Shown piece by piece: positions 8,886 to 17,220 of a stretch of DNA of 64,000 nt. Below the pieces are notes generated by a model. That model was not told where the DNA came from. It worked only from the letters and a program-made list of their open reading frames with translations, and made no database searches. This DNA is from a virus. The DNA lies in the IMG/VR virus record IMGVR_UViG_3300044843_000488, positions 1-64,000 of that record. One strand, 5' to 3'. Each line of letters starts with the position of its first letter. Positions within the stretch are counted from its first letter, which is position 1. Both the position numbers and the translations under genes were made by a program.

Positions 8886-8944
8886 CGTTGAGTGCAGGAG
8901 TGCCTGCACCGCAGTTTGAGCTTGACCAAGCAACGGGGGTCAGG
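8886..8944 (+). ncRNA. Glutamine-II riboswitch (Downstream-peptide RNA motif)
   Basis: P1 CGTTG(8886-90)/CAACG(8931-35); P2 GTGCAGG/CCTGCAC; pseudoknot CTTGACC(8921-27)/GGTCAGG(8938-44). Lies directly 5' of a DUF4278 ORF, the canonical context. Confidence 0.8.
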
Positions 8945-8962
8945 CCGCTGTTGGGTTGACCC

Positions 8963-9145
8963 ATGACCGTTCTCAATCACCTGTCCCTGATCAAGGACCA
9001 GATCACCCGTCACAGGGCTCTGAGCGACGCCCAGATGATCTCGCTGAAGGCTTACCGGGGTGTGCCGTACACCGTGGCACCTCATGAGGAGCACGTCTCC
9101 ACCGAGCTCATGTACAGGGGGCAGCGCTACCACCTCGACCGGTGA
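8963..9145 (+). CDS. DUF4278 protein (putative glutamine synthetase inactivating factor, IF17/GifB-like)
   Basis: Two YRG motifs (AYRGVPY, LMYRGQRY); 60 aa; downstream of the riboswitch. Confidence 0.82.
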   Translation: MTVLNHLSLIKDQITRHRALSDAQMISLKAYRGVPYTVAPHEEHVSTELMYRGQRYHLDR

Positions 9146-9207
9146 CGGTTGGCGGATCGTCCACTATTTGATTAGCGTGCTTTATAGCATTTATTAGAAT
9201 CCATAAT

Positions 9208-9242
9208 GCCCAGTCTGAGATTTCCTCGGGACTGGGCTTTTT
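9208..9242 (+). terminator. Rho-independent terminator closing the DUF4278 transcript
   Basis: GCCCAGTCTGAG-loop-CTCGGGACTGGGC followed by TTTTT. Confidence 0.8.
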
Positions 9243-9559
9243 GACTACTAGTGTTTTCCGCAGTTTTTTCTGTCTCAAGACTGCTGAAAACCGGCGTCAC
9301 GACTGGCTTGACAGATCCGTTTTAATTGTTTGCCGCATTTTTCCCCCCATTAGTCCCCAGCTGCTGTAGGGGTATAAGCAAGCCTTAACACTGTGCCTGG
9401 TGTGCCAAGCGCGTTTCAGACCCCACCAGACCCCATACATTGAATTAGTCCGCTAATTCGACCGATGCGTCGTACCGCTTTTGCCTTGTGCTGCTGGGTG
9501 TCTGAGCTTGCTCTGGCGTGGTCTGAAATGGCGGCGACAGTCAGCGACCGGTTCGCTCC

Positions 9560-9790
9560 TTATGACGCCGCGTCGAAGGACTGGAGGGTTAGTGCGTCAC
9601 GGAGCCGCTCGCTGTAAGGCAGCATCACGACTCCGTTGGGGGCGTCCGGGCTTTTGATTAAGACCTGCTCGTAGGTGAGGTCTGATTCAAGTATCTGAGC
9701 GATCAGCTCGCCTGCGCCCTTCTCGGTAGTACGAACGGTCAATTCCCACTCCATTGTTGGTACATTCGGCTGCATCAAATGTATCGGCAA
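9560..9790 (-). CDS. Hypothetical protein
   Basis: Open frame with protein-like composition; start uncertain. Confidence 0.5.
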   Translation of the reverse strand: MPIHLMQPNVPTMEWELTVRTTEKGAGELIAQILESDLTYEQVLIKSPDAPNGVVMLPYSERLRDALTLQSFDAAS

Positions 9791-10111
9791 ATGTTTGCCC
9801 CAGTGTTTGGATCATCTGGAGAGGATCATCTCAGCTTCAGTCTGCCCTCGACGGAGAATGATGCTGCCAATCCAACTCATTACAACAAAGGAGTGTCGCC
9901 CTACGACGTAGGCGAATCCATGTATGGCTTGGCAGGGTTGTTGACATATGTGCTGATCAATTCGATAAAGTATATTCAGCGCTATCCTCATAAGTATTTG
10001 GGGGTGCCAGAAAAGCAACTAGAGGATTTGATTAAGGCTCGCCAGAGTCTAGATACAGCTATCGAGTTGCACAAAAAATTGCATTGCAACGGCACCATCC
10101 GCCATGGGTGA
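9779..10111 (+). CDS. DUF3310 family protein (T7 gp1.7-like nucleotide kinase family)
   Basis: NPTHYNKG ... NSIKYIQRY ... EDLIKARQSL signature. Confidence 0.75.
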   Translation: MYRQMFAPVFGSSGEDHLSFSLPSTENDAANPTHYNKGVSPYDVGESMYGLAGLLTYVLINSIKYIQRYPHKYLGVPEKQLEDLIKARQSLDTAIELHKKLHCNGTIRHG

Positions 10112-10295
10112 AAAGGTTAAGTACGTCAGATTTCGTTTTACTGGTACTCTTGAAGACTTGAACGAAATTAAGGATGAGATTGAAGAGGTTATGCGTCAGC
10201 ATAATTGGAAGCGTGGCTTTTCTGAGATGGCTCCTTTAGAAGCCAATCCTGAGATCTACGCATTAGCCACGGGTTGGAAACGTTTTCAAGAATAA
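10104..10295 (+). CDS. Hypothetical protein
   Basis: Coupled to the DUF3310 gene. Confidence 0.55.
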   Translation: MGEKVKYVRFRFTGTLEDLNEIKDEIEEVMRQHNWKRGFSEMAPLEANPEIYALATGWKRFQE

Positions 10296-10299
10296 ACTC

Positions 10300-10446
10300 A
10301 TGTCAATCACTCGTGAGGAAGTGCAAGAGCTGATTGACGCGGCTATTCGAAAACACAACAGAAACGCCAGCATCATCTCAGCCTTTTTGGGCTGGACGGT
10401 ACTGGCGTTTTACGCTGATGGTTTATTTAGGTTAGTTGGGCGCTAG
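10300..10446 (+). CDS. Small cyanophage membrane protein (below the ORF-track cutoff)
   Basis: MSITREEVQELIDAAIRKHNRNASIISAFLGWTVLAFYADGLFRLVGR, 48 aa. Confidence 0.65.
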   Translation: MSITREEVQELIDAAIRKHNRNASIISAFLGWTVLAFYADGLFRLVGR

Positions 10447-10607
10447 CCCTTACCTTGGCCTCTGTATTTTTTGCGAGCACTAGCACGCTTAGTGCGACCT
10501 GAAAAGACACGGGAACGCACACGCCAGCCGTCACCAATTCGTGTCCTTTTAGGCTTACCAGCGATATGAATAGTTCCGCTGAGTCCTTTCTTTGCGCGTA
10601 CAGCCAT
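10443..10607 (-). CDS. Small basic protein (KKYRGQG type)
   Basis: MAVRAKKG...KPKRTRIGDG...KKYRGQGKG, 54 aa; TAATG-coupled to the endolysin stop. Confidence 0.7.
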   Translation of the reverse strand: MAVRAKKGLSGTIHIAGKPKRTRIGDGWRVRSRVFSGRTKRASARKKYRGQGKG

Positions 10608-11797
10608 TATTTGTTAAGAAGAATACCCCACCCAGTTCCTGGACCTTCAACAGTCCATCTGGGAAGGAAGTTTTTGATTGAATACTTAAGGTGATCACCG
10701 TTCTTATTAGCGAGATATCCGCCAGTAATCACGGACATTTCTCCGTAGGGGTCGTTGACCACTAGATAGGAATCGTCAAGCAGTCCAACGACCAAAAGCC
10801 AGTGCCCCGTGCCAGTCGGCGCTGTATTCGGTCCTTTGTGCAGCACACCAATCGGCACTGGAATTCCCTTTTCCAGCTGAATCTTGATGTCGCTTAAGGC
10901 CAAATTCTGTCGATACGACCCACGAACACCAAATGACTCCATAGCTCTAAGTTGAGCCTTGTAGTCAGTGGTATCTCCGAATTGCTGTACGCGCTTCAAG
11001 TAGAAATCATCTTTTTGACTACTTTGAAGCTTTCCTGGTCTCAAAAAGTCAACAGCCATCGCACAAGTGCTTGAAAAGCACATGCGATACGCCTGATCTG
11101 TTTCGGAGTCAAGCTGGGAAAAGAAAGGAACCGGTAGATCTATGCCGGTGTCTTTATCTGATGGGAGTTTGGTAGTTGAACCGGCGTACTGATCAAGCAG
11201 CTTAATAAGCTTGCGACTGTATGCCGGATCAGTTGCGTAACCCTCTTTCACTAAGAGCTGAGCAGCTTCTTCCCGAGTCGCGGCTCTATTGATTCCTTTG
11301 TACGCGTCGTAGTCTTTGTACCAGCGGTTAACAACGTAGTCGACACCCTCTTGGATAGAGGCGAAATTCATGAAGCGAGCCTCAATGGTTACCCACTCGC
11401 CCTTGATAAACTCTTTCGTTGTCTTAATAGTTCCGCCAGTTCTACCTGTTTGCTTCACTCCCCAGAAATTGAACTTACCACTGGGGTAGCGGCCAAATCC
11501 AGACTCAAGTGCCCATTGTGCCGCAAGGACTTCAGGGAATTTAGCTCCGGCAATAGAGGCGGCTTTTTCAATACCTGCCCAGGTGTTTTCCACTTCGGCT
11601 GCAGGCTCTTGCTGAGGTGCTTTGGCGCGGAACAGCTCGATCCATTCAGCTTGTTCCACCATCAAGGATGGGTCAGCTTTTGCAACGTGTTGCTGAAGCA
11701 AGTCAACAGCAGCGAGATGCTGAGGGTTATCGGGATTGAAGTATTTGAAAAAATCTCGCAGTTTGCCTGGTGCGAGAGCTAGATCAGACATTGTCAT
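10607..11797 (-). CDS. Endolysin: GH73 glucosaminidase + C39-like peptidase
   Basis: AQWALESG, NFWGVK and GYATDPAY (GH73); PFFSQLD, CFSSTCAM, GHW and DPYG (C39-like Cys-His-Asp). Confidence 0.88.
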   Translation of the reverse strand: MTMSDLALAPGKLRDFFKYFNPDNPQHLAAVDLLQQHVAKADPSLMVEQAEWIELFRAKAPQQEPAAEVENTWAGIEKAASIAGAKFPEVLAAQWALESGFGRYPSGKFNFWGVKQTGRTGGTIKTTKEFIKGEWVTIEARFMNFASIQEGVDYVVNRWYKDYDAYKGINRAATREEAAQLLVKEGYATDPAYSRKLIKLLDQYAGSTTKLPSDKDTGIDLPVPFFSQLDSETDQAYRMCFSSTCAMAVDFLRPGKLQSSQKDDFYLKRVQQFGDTTDYKAQLRAMESFGVRGSYRQNLALSDIKIQLEKGIPVPIGVLHKGPNTAPTGTGHWLLVVGLLDDSYLVVNDPYGEMSVITGGYLANKNGDHLKYSIKNFLPRWTVEGPGTGWGILLNK

Positions 11798-12026
11798 TAT
11801 TTAACCAAGGTGCTCTAATTTCCATGGTCCCTCCAAGGAGTTCCTGGGCTTTAGAGCCATCGGGTGGATGCTCAACAAATTGGGGCTGGGGCTCTGATGG
11901 CTGGCCGGCATGCCACTCTTTCTCCGCCTGGTCAAGTTTTCCAGGAAGAGTGGTGTAGAACTTTTTAGCTTGAGCCCAGCGTAAAAACTCCTCCTGCCAA
12001 GAACGAGAGGAGAATCGCAGTTCTAC
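11784..12026 (-). CDS. Start-less ORF: predicted -1 frameshift extension of the holin-like protein
   Basis: 80 codons open (VELRFSSRSWQEEF...GGTMEIRAPWLNNDNV) beginning at the A_AAA_AAG heptamer at 12032-12026. No upstream start codon; fills the gap up to the endolysin. Confidence 0.7.
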   Translation of the reverse strand, partial: VELRFSSRSWQEEFLRWAQAKKFYTTLPGKLDQAEKEWHAGQPSEPQPQFVEHPPDGSKAQELLGGTMEIRAPWLNNDNV

Positions 12027-12181
12027 TTTTTTCCGGAACGGGCTTTCAGTACAAGCTGAAGCGCGGACGCGAGAAGCTGCAGCACGGAGTTTGATTTGAC
12101 TTTGTCATTGGGGATCAAAGCCAAGATCTCCGATACGGCAGTAAGGATTACCCAGAAAATGGGGGATTCAATAAGACCCAT
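12023..12181 (-). CDS. Holin-like small membrane protein
   Basis: MGLIESPIFWVILTAVSEILALIP..KSNSVLQL..GKK; hydrophobic and upstream of the endolysin. Confidence 0.7.
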   Translation of the reverse strand: MGLIESPIFWVILTAVSEILALIPNDKVKSNSVLQLLASALQLVLKARSGKK

Positions 12182-12473
12182 TGTGATGAGCTTCAGGGGC
12201 TGACTTATTGTAACCAATCAATATTTTGTCTAACTTGTAATCCATTCGGTCAATCCGGTTGTCAAGTCGCTCCATCAAGGCCGCAAGATCTTCCTTGTCC
12301 ACATATTCTTTAGCCAGCCGAATCTCGATAGCATTCATGCGCTGGTCGACTTGCTCAACTCGTGTTGCATTCAGCTTCTCCATATCGTCAAACCGCTTGC
12401 CCAGAGTAAGGAGAGCAGATGCCGCCCCGCCTACTAGGCTGAGCGCAATGCTCAGAGGTAGTACAGGCTCCAC
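12168..12473 (-). CDS. Membrane-anchored coiled-coil protein of the lysis module
   Basis: N-terminal TM helix, EYVDKEDL motif and a coiled coil. Confidence 0.7.
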   Translation of the reverse strand: MEPVLPLSIALSLVGGAASALLTLGKRFDDMEKLNATRVEQVDQRMNAIEIRLAKEYVDKEDLAALMERLDNRIDRMDYKLDKILIGYNKSAPEAHHNGSY

Positions 12474-12544
12474 AAGTTCAACGCTTTTCTTTTAATATAA
12501 CTAGATTTGTATTCTAAACTGTATTTATAGACTGGCTTTGTGCC

Positions 12545-12886
12545 GTGATTGAGCCGGGGACATACGACATCACCATTCATCAGGGTGCAACCTTTTCACT
12601 GGATCTCCAGTACAAGGATTCCACGGGTGCTGGTGTCAACATGACTGGTTATACAGTTGCTGGCAAGCTGGTCAATAGGCTCAATACTGCCGCCGTAGCT
12701 TCGTTCCAGACTTCTTGGGTAGACCAAAGCAACGGGAAGTTTCGCATTAAATTGTCTGCTCCTGTTACTGCTGGTATTACAAGCGAGTGTCAGTACGATG
12801 TGCTTATCACGGAACCTGGCGGTGATAAATACTACATATTGCAGGGAAGAGCCTTCCTTGATCCTGGATTTACGGGGGTCCCGTGA
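12545..12886 (+). CDS. Tail-fibre anchor / BppU-N-like virion protein
   Basis: YDITIHQGATF...YDVLI..PGG..ILQG pattern; first gene of the fibre cassette. Confidence 0.7.
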   Translation: MIEPGTYDITIHQGATFSLDLQYKDSTGAGVNMTGYTVAGKLVNRLNTAAVASFQTSWVDQSNGKFRIKLSAPVTAGITSECQYDVLITEPGGDKYYILQGRAFLDPGFTGVP

Positions 12887-13167
12887 TTAACCACCAAGTT
12901 CAGGTGTCTCGCACACTTTCTAGTGTGTTACGTGTGACTGAAACTGCGACACAAGTCGAGGTTAAAAAGCCAGTCACATCTGTTGTGACACTCACAGCGC
13001 AAGGCCCTCAAGGCCCGTCAACTGCCGAGACTGGTTATTTCAATATCGCTGCAATTGACGCCCTGAGCTCAGGGGACATCGGAAAAGTTCTGGAGTGGGA
13101 TGGTTCCGCTTTTACGCCCACAAATGAACTTGAAAACGACTTGACCATCACTGGAGGTGCCTTCTAA
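12883..13167 (+). CDS. Tail-fibre connector protein
   Basis: GPQGP motif; ends in ITGGAF. Confidence 0.6.
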   Translation: MINHQVQVSRTLSSVLRVTETATQVEVKKPVTSVVTLTAQGPQGPSTAETGYFNIAAIDALSSGDIGKVLEWDGSAFTPTNELENDLTITGGAF

Positions 13168-14456
13168 TGGCTGTCACTCTTAAAATCAAACGCAGAGCTA
13201 GTGCAGGTGCCGCTGGTGCCCCTAATGCTCTGAAGGCCGGCGAACTCGCTTACAACGAGAACACGGGCGATCAATCTCTTTACTACGGCTACGGCGACGA
13301 TGGCAGTGGTAATGCCACTAGCGTCATCGCAATTGGCGGTTCTGGTGCTTACGCCACACTAAGCACCAACCAAACTATTTCCGGCAACAAGACCTTTACA
13401 GGTACCGTTGCGCTTGGTAGTGCGACTGTTACTGGTCTGGACACTACTGAAGTTTCCGAGGGGACTAATCTCTATTACACCGATGCCCGGGCACGGGGAG
13501 CAATCTCTGTAACGGATTCTGGTGGCGACGGATCTCTCTCCTATAACAGTTCGACTGGGGTTCTGACCTATACCGGCCCCTCTGCTGCCGAAGTCCGAGC
13601 TCACTTTAGTGCTACGTCGGCCTCCGGTGTTACTTACAACTCTTCAACTGGTGTCATTGCTCTGTCAGCTGTCCCGAACAGCTCCCTAGCAAACAGCAGT
13701 TTTTCCATTAATTCAAATTCGGTCAGCCTAGGTGGCAGTGTCACCTTGGATACCGACGACATCGGTGAAGGTAGTACCAATAGGTACTACACCGACGCTC
13801 GGGCCCGTGCTGCAATTTCGGCAGCCAGTCCGACGACGGGGGTTGCCTACAACAGCACCACTGGTGTTATTAGCCTTGCGTCCATTCCCAATAGTGCGCT
13901 GTCTAACAGCAGCATCACTATTAATGGTGTTGCTACGCCCTTGGGGGGATCGACCACCACCACTGCGGTCACCACTTCCCTCGGCGCCACGATCACGCTG
14001 CAGGGTACAGCGGGCGAAGTTGATGTTGCTACTAATGCCGGGACCGGGACCTTCACCATTGGTCTCCCGGATATTGTCAACATTACAGACGATCTGAATG
14101 TTGGCGGTGATCTTACTGTTACAGGCGATCTGACTGTAAACGGTGCCATCACCAGCCTGTCAACGACCGAAGTAAAGGTCGAAGATAAGAATATTGTTCT
14201 TGGTGACACTGCTTCACCTACTAACACCACGGCTGACGGTGGTGGTATTACCCTTAAAGGCGCTAGCGATTACACCATCACTTGGGTTAACGCTACAAGC
14301 TCCTGGAGCTTTAACCAGTCGGTTAACGTCACCTCAGGTGGGTACAAAGTTGCTGGAACTGAAGTTTTGAGCAGTTCCCGAGTAATGAGCAATGTCGCCA
14401 TTACTGGTAGTGGCAACACTATTGATAACGTGACCCTTGATGGGGGAACTTTCTGA
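13167..14456 (+). CDS. Tail fibre protein
   Basis: N-terminus LKIKR..GELAYN; repeats EGxxxYYTDARAR (x2) and YNSxTGV (x3); ends TLDGGTF. Confidence 0.8.
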   Translation: MAVTLKIKRRASAGAAGAPNALKAGELAYNENTGDQSLYYGYGDDGSGNATSVIAIGGSGAYATLSTNQTISGNKTFTGTVALGSATVTGLDTTEVSEGTNLYYTDARARGAISVTDSGGDGSLSYNSSTGVLTYTGPSAAEVRAHFSATSASGVTYNSSTGVIALSAVPNSSLANSSFSINSNSVSLGGSVTLDTDDIGEGSTNRYYTDARARAAISAASPTTGVAYNSTTGVISLASIPNSALSNSSITINGVATPLGGSTTTTAVTTSLGATITLQGTAGEVDVATNAGTGTFTIGLPDIVNITDDLNVGGDLTVTGDLTVNGAITSLSTTEVKVEDKNIVLGDTASPTNTTADGGGITLKGASDYTITWVNATSSWSFNQSVNVTSGGYKVAGTEVLSSSRVMSNVAITGSGNTIDNVTLDGGTF

Positions 14457-14464
14457 TTTAACCT

Positions 14465-14791
14465 ATGGCTAACACTATCCGGATAAAAAGAAGCTCGGTT
14501 CCAGGCAAGGTACCAAGTGTTTCAGACCTTAGTGGAGGTGAGCTAGCTGTCAATATTGCAGATGGCAAGCTGTTTACCCGCAAGGAATCTGGTGGTGTTG
14601 CGTCGATCGTTGAAATTGGGTCCGCAGGCGGAGCCTCATCCGCTTCCGGACCTATTTTGCTTAGTCAACAAACAATTGCAGAAAGTATTGTTTTGACCTC
14701 TGGATACAATGGAGTATCGGTAGGCCCAGTTGAAGTGGCCGCTGGGGTGACCGTGGAGGTGCCCACCAACGCAACCTGGGCAGTTATCTGA
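14465..14791 (+). CDS. Tail-fibre connector protein
   Basis: MANTIRIKRS..GELAVN..DGKLF N-terminus; C-terminus GPVEVAAGVTVEVP..TWAVI. Confidence 0.7.
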   Translation: MANTIRIKRSSVPGKVPSVSDLSGGELAVNIADGKLFTRKESGGVASIVEIGSAGGASSASGPILLSQQTIAESIVLTSGYNGVSVGPVEVAAGVTVEVPTNATWAVI

Positions 14792-14792
14792 A

Positions 14793-15728
14793 ATGCCGTA
14801 CGGAACAGTAAAGGTCGATCAAATTACGACCAGCACCCAAACTGTAAATGTAGATGGACTGGCAGCTAAAGCGTCACCAGCGTTAACTGGTACGCCCACA
14901 GCACCAACTGCAGCAGTTGACACTAATACTACTCAGATTGCTACTACTGCCTTTGTTGTAGGTCAGGCAGGTGGCAATACCCCGGTGATGAACGGCGCGG
15001 CAGCTGCGGGAACAGCTACCCGTTTCTCGCGTGAAGATCATGTTCACGCCTCGGATACAAGTAAAGCAAACGTCGCAAGCCCGACGTTCACGGGGACGCC
15101 GGCCGCACCTACTGCTGCTGCGGATACCAATACGACACAGCTTGCCACCACTGCCTTTGTTGTGGGTCAGGCAAGCAGTTCGACGCCAGTTATGGACGGC
15201 GTCGCGGCCGTAGGTACTTCACTTAAATACGCGAGAGCTGATCACGTTCATGCCTCGGATACCTCGAAGGCCAACCTTGCTAGTCCCACGCTAACCGGCT
15301 CACCTTCAGCTCCGACAGCCGCCGCCGACACCAATACGACGCAGATTGCTACTACTGCTTTTGTTCTTGGACAAGCAGCCAGTACCACTCCCGCTACAAA
15401 TGGTACGGCTACGGTTGGCACGTCGCTCAAGTACGCCCGCGCTGACCACGTTCATGAGACCGATACTTCTAGGGCTCCTGCGGCAGCACCCGTTTTTACG
15501 AGCAGCGTCACACTAAACGCACAGGCACCGATTCGTTTTGCTGATTCCGACAGCACCCATTGGGTAGCTTTCAGAGCCCCTGCTGCCATTACCGCAAACG
15601 TGACCTGGACTCTGCCAGCGAGCGATGGCACGGCTAACCAAGTTCTCAGGACTGACGGATCTGCCAATCTTTCGTGGATGACTATCGCAGCTGGCGCATC
15701 GGTTGGTGTTGCAATTGCCCTGGGGTAA
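14793..15728 (+). CDS. Tail fibre protein with three 68-aa repeats
   Basis: ASPxxTGxPxAPTAAxDTNTTQxATTAFV..R.DHVH (x3); ends VGVAIALG. Confidence 0.82.
   Translation: MPYGTVKVDQITTSTQTVNVDGLAAKASPALTGTPTAPTAAVDTNTTQIATTAFVVGQAGGNTPVMNGAAAAGTATRFSREDHVHASDTSKANVASPTFTGTPAAPTAAADTNTTQLATTAFVVGQASSSTPVMDGVAAVGTSLKYARADHVHASDTSKANLASPTLTGSPSAPTAAADTNTTQIATTAFVLGQAASTTPATNGTATVGTSLKYARADHVHETDTSRAPAAAPVFTSSVTLNAQAPIRFADSDSTHWVAFRAPAAITANVTWTLPASDGTANQVLRTDGSANLSWMTIAAGASVGVAIALG
14871..15482 (+). repeat. Three degenerate tandem repeats, period 204 bp
   Basis: Repeat units start at about 14871, 15075 and 15279; differences are mostly synonymous. Confidence 0.8.
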
Positions 15729-15773
15729 CCCACTGAGCTCTTTTGCTACATTCGGCTGTACGCTCAAGGCGTT

Positions 15774-16574
15774 ATGCCATTTAACAGAAAAAATCTCTAT
15801 CTACATCTTCGGGAAGATTCGTATAGGGGCGTTCTCCCTCCTCCCGTTGCAGCAGCAAGAGAGCTGCCTAAGTGGTGGAAAAATATGGACTACACTGTCG
15901 ACCCTAAGCGGCATCCGCATCGGTTTGGCAATGTTTACGACCCCAAATTCTGGGCGGCTTTTAGCAAAAAAGATGCGGCCCTAATTTCGCAACCTTCAGT
16001 CAAGGGGTGTCCAGCAATCGCTGACTGGATGACCAGTGGCTTCATCATCAGACTTTGGTCCGATGTCCTTATTGTCAAAACTGAAGAAGGCGAAGTAAAG
16101 GTTAATCACGGCGACAAGCTTTTCGATGAACAAATCCATGGATTTGATGTCGATATGATGTTTGGCCCTGACTCCGGGATTGAGTCTAAAACCCTCATCA
16201 AGCTCAGTGCACCGTGGACGATTACCGGTGACCCTGGGGTCTCCGTTCTCTACGAACCGGTTCCTGGTTACTTTGATCGGCCTTGGCGAACGTTTTCTGG
16301 AATTGTTCCAGTTGATCAGTACCCCTTAGACGTGAAATGGATTTTTGAATTCACGGGGCCAGTCGGTGAGCATTTGGTCCCCGCTGGCACTCCGATTCTG
16401 AGGATGCTTCCTATTTATCGAACCAATTTCTCGTTAGAAGCTGGGAAGGATCTTGATCCCGCTGCAGATAGAAGCCGTTGTCCCTACTTCATGCTTAGAA
16501 AAGCTGTAGCTGACAGGTGGAGTTTCATGTCAAAACTGTTCTCCAATAAGTATGAAGACGGCAGTTCCAGTTGA
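15774..16574 (+). CDS. Conserved phage protein (beta-rich, often near 2OG-Fe(II) oxygenases)
   Basis: LPKWWK, KGCPAIADWMTSG, APW and GTPI motifs. Confidence 0.65.
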   Translation: MPFNRKNLYLHLREDSYRGVLPPPVAAARELPKWWKNMDYTVDPKRHPHRFGNVYDPKFWAAFSKKDAALISQPSVKGCPAIADWMTSGFIIRLWSDVLIVKTEEGEVKVNHGDKLFDEQIHGFDVDMMFGPDSGIESKTLIKLSAPWTITGDPGVSVLYEPVPGYFDRPWRTFSGIVPVDQYPLDVKWIFEFTGPVGEHLVPAGTPILRMLPIYRTNFSLEAGKDLDPAADRSRCPYFMLRKAVADRWSFMSKLFSNKYEDGSSS

Positions 16575-17220
16575 GCCACAATTACTTTTTCGGAACACCA
16601 TCATTCCGGCTACCCGGGCTATTGACCTGGGACGTTTAATCCTTGACAACAACGAGGATTTTGTAGACGGTGGGTGCTACATAGAACACCGGTGGCCCCA
16701 TGGCTATGACCAGTTCAACTGGCTCAGGACGTCCCTTGGTGATGAGCTAGTGCCTGGCATTCAGGCGGCTTTGACTGAACTGGGTTACTCACGCGCTTTT
16801 GCCGCAGCCTGCTGGGTCTCTATCTACCGTCCTGGGGACTGGATTGAGCCGCATATGCATGGCTGGGATAACGATCCCTACACTTTTCTCACAGGTACTC
16901 TGTGTCTGAGTGCCCCGAATAATGGCAAAGGTCTGGCTCTCGGTTTAGATGGTGCGGGGCAACCCTGGACTTGGATCGCTGACGTCCCGGGTCAAATGTT
17001 GCTGTTCAATTCCACTCTGATGCATGGGACTGATCCTCACGTAGGACCAGAGCCTAGAGTCATTGTGAGCTTTGATATTTATCCAGAGGGCGTCGCCCGT
17101 CCTGCAATCGTTGATAGCAACGAGCAGCGGTTTGCTCACTATTCTGCTTTCACTTCACTTTATTCCTTACCCGAATACGAGCTGTTAGACAGCAAAAGAC
17201 CACCATGTCAGGCAAGTTGA
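16552..17220 (+). CDS. Putative 2OG-Fe(II) oxygenase
   Basis: PHMH, LLFNSTLMHG and RVIVSFD (HxH...H...RxxxSF). Confidence 0.78.
   Translation: MKTAVPVEPQLLFRNTIIPATRAIDLGRLILDNNEDFVDGGCYIEHRWPHGYDQFNWLRTSLGDELVPGIQAALTELGYSRAFAAACWVSIYRPGDWIEPHMHGWDNDPYTFLTGTLCLSAPNNGKGLALGLDGAGQPWTWIADVPGQMLLFNSTLMHGTDPHVGPEPRVIVSFDIYPEGVARPAIVDSNEQRFAHYSAFTSLYSLPEYELLDSKRPPCQAS

Noticed and set aside
9445-9559. Degenerate recombinase C-terminal remnant on the minus strand
   Set aside because: Only a vague resemblance, with no catalytic residues or start codon to support it.
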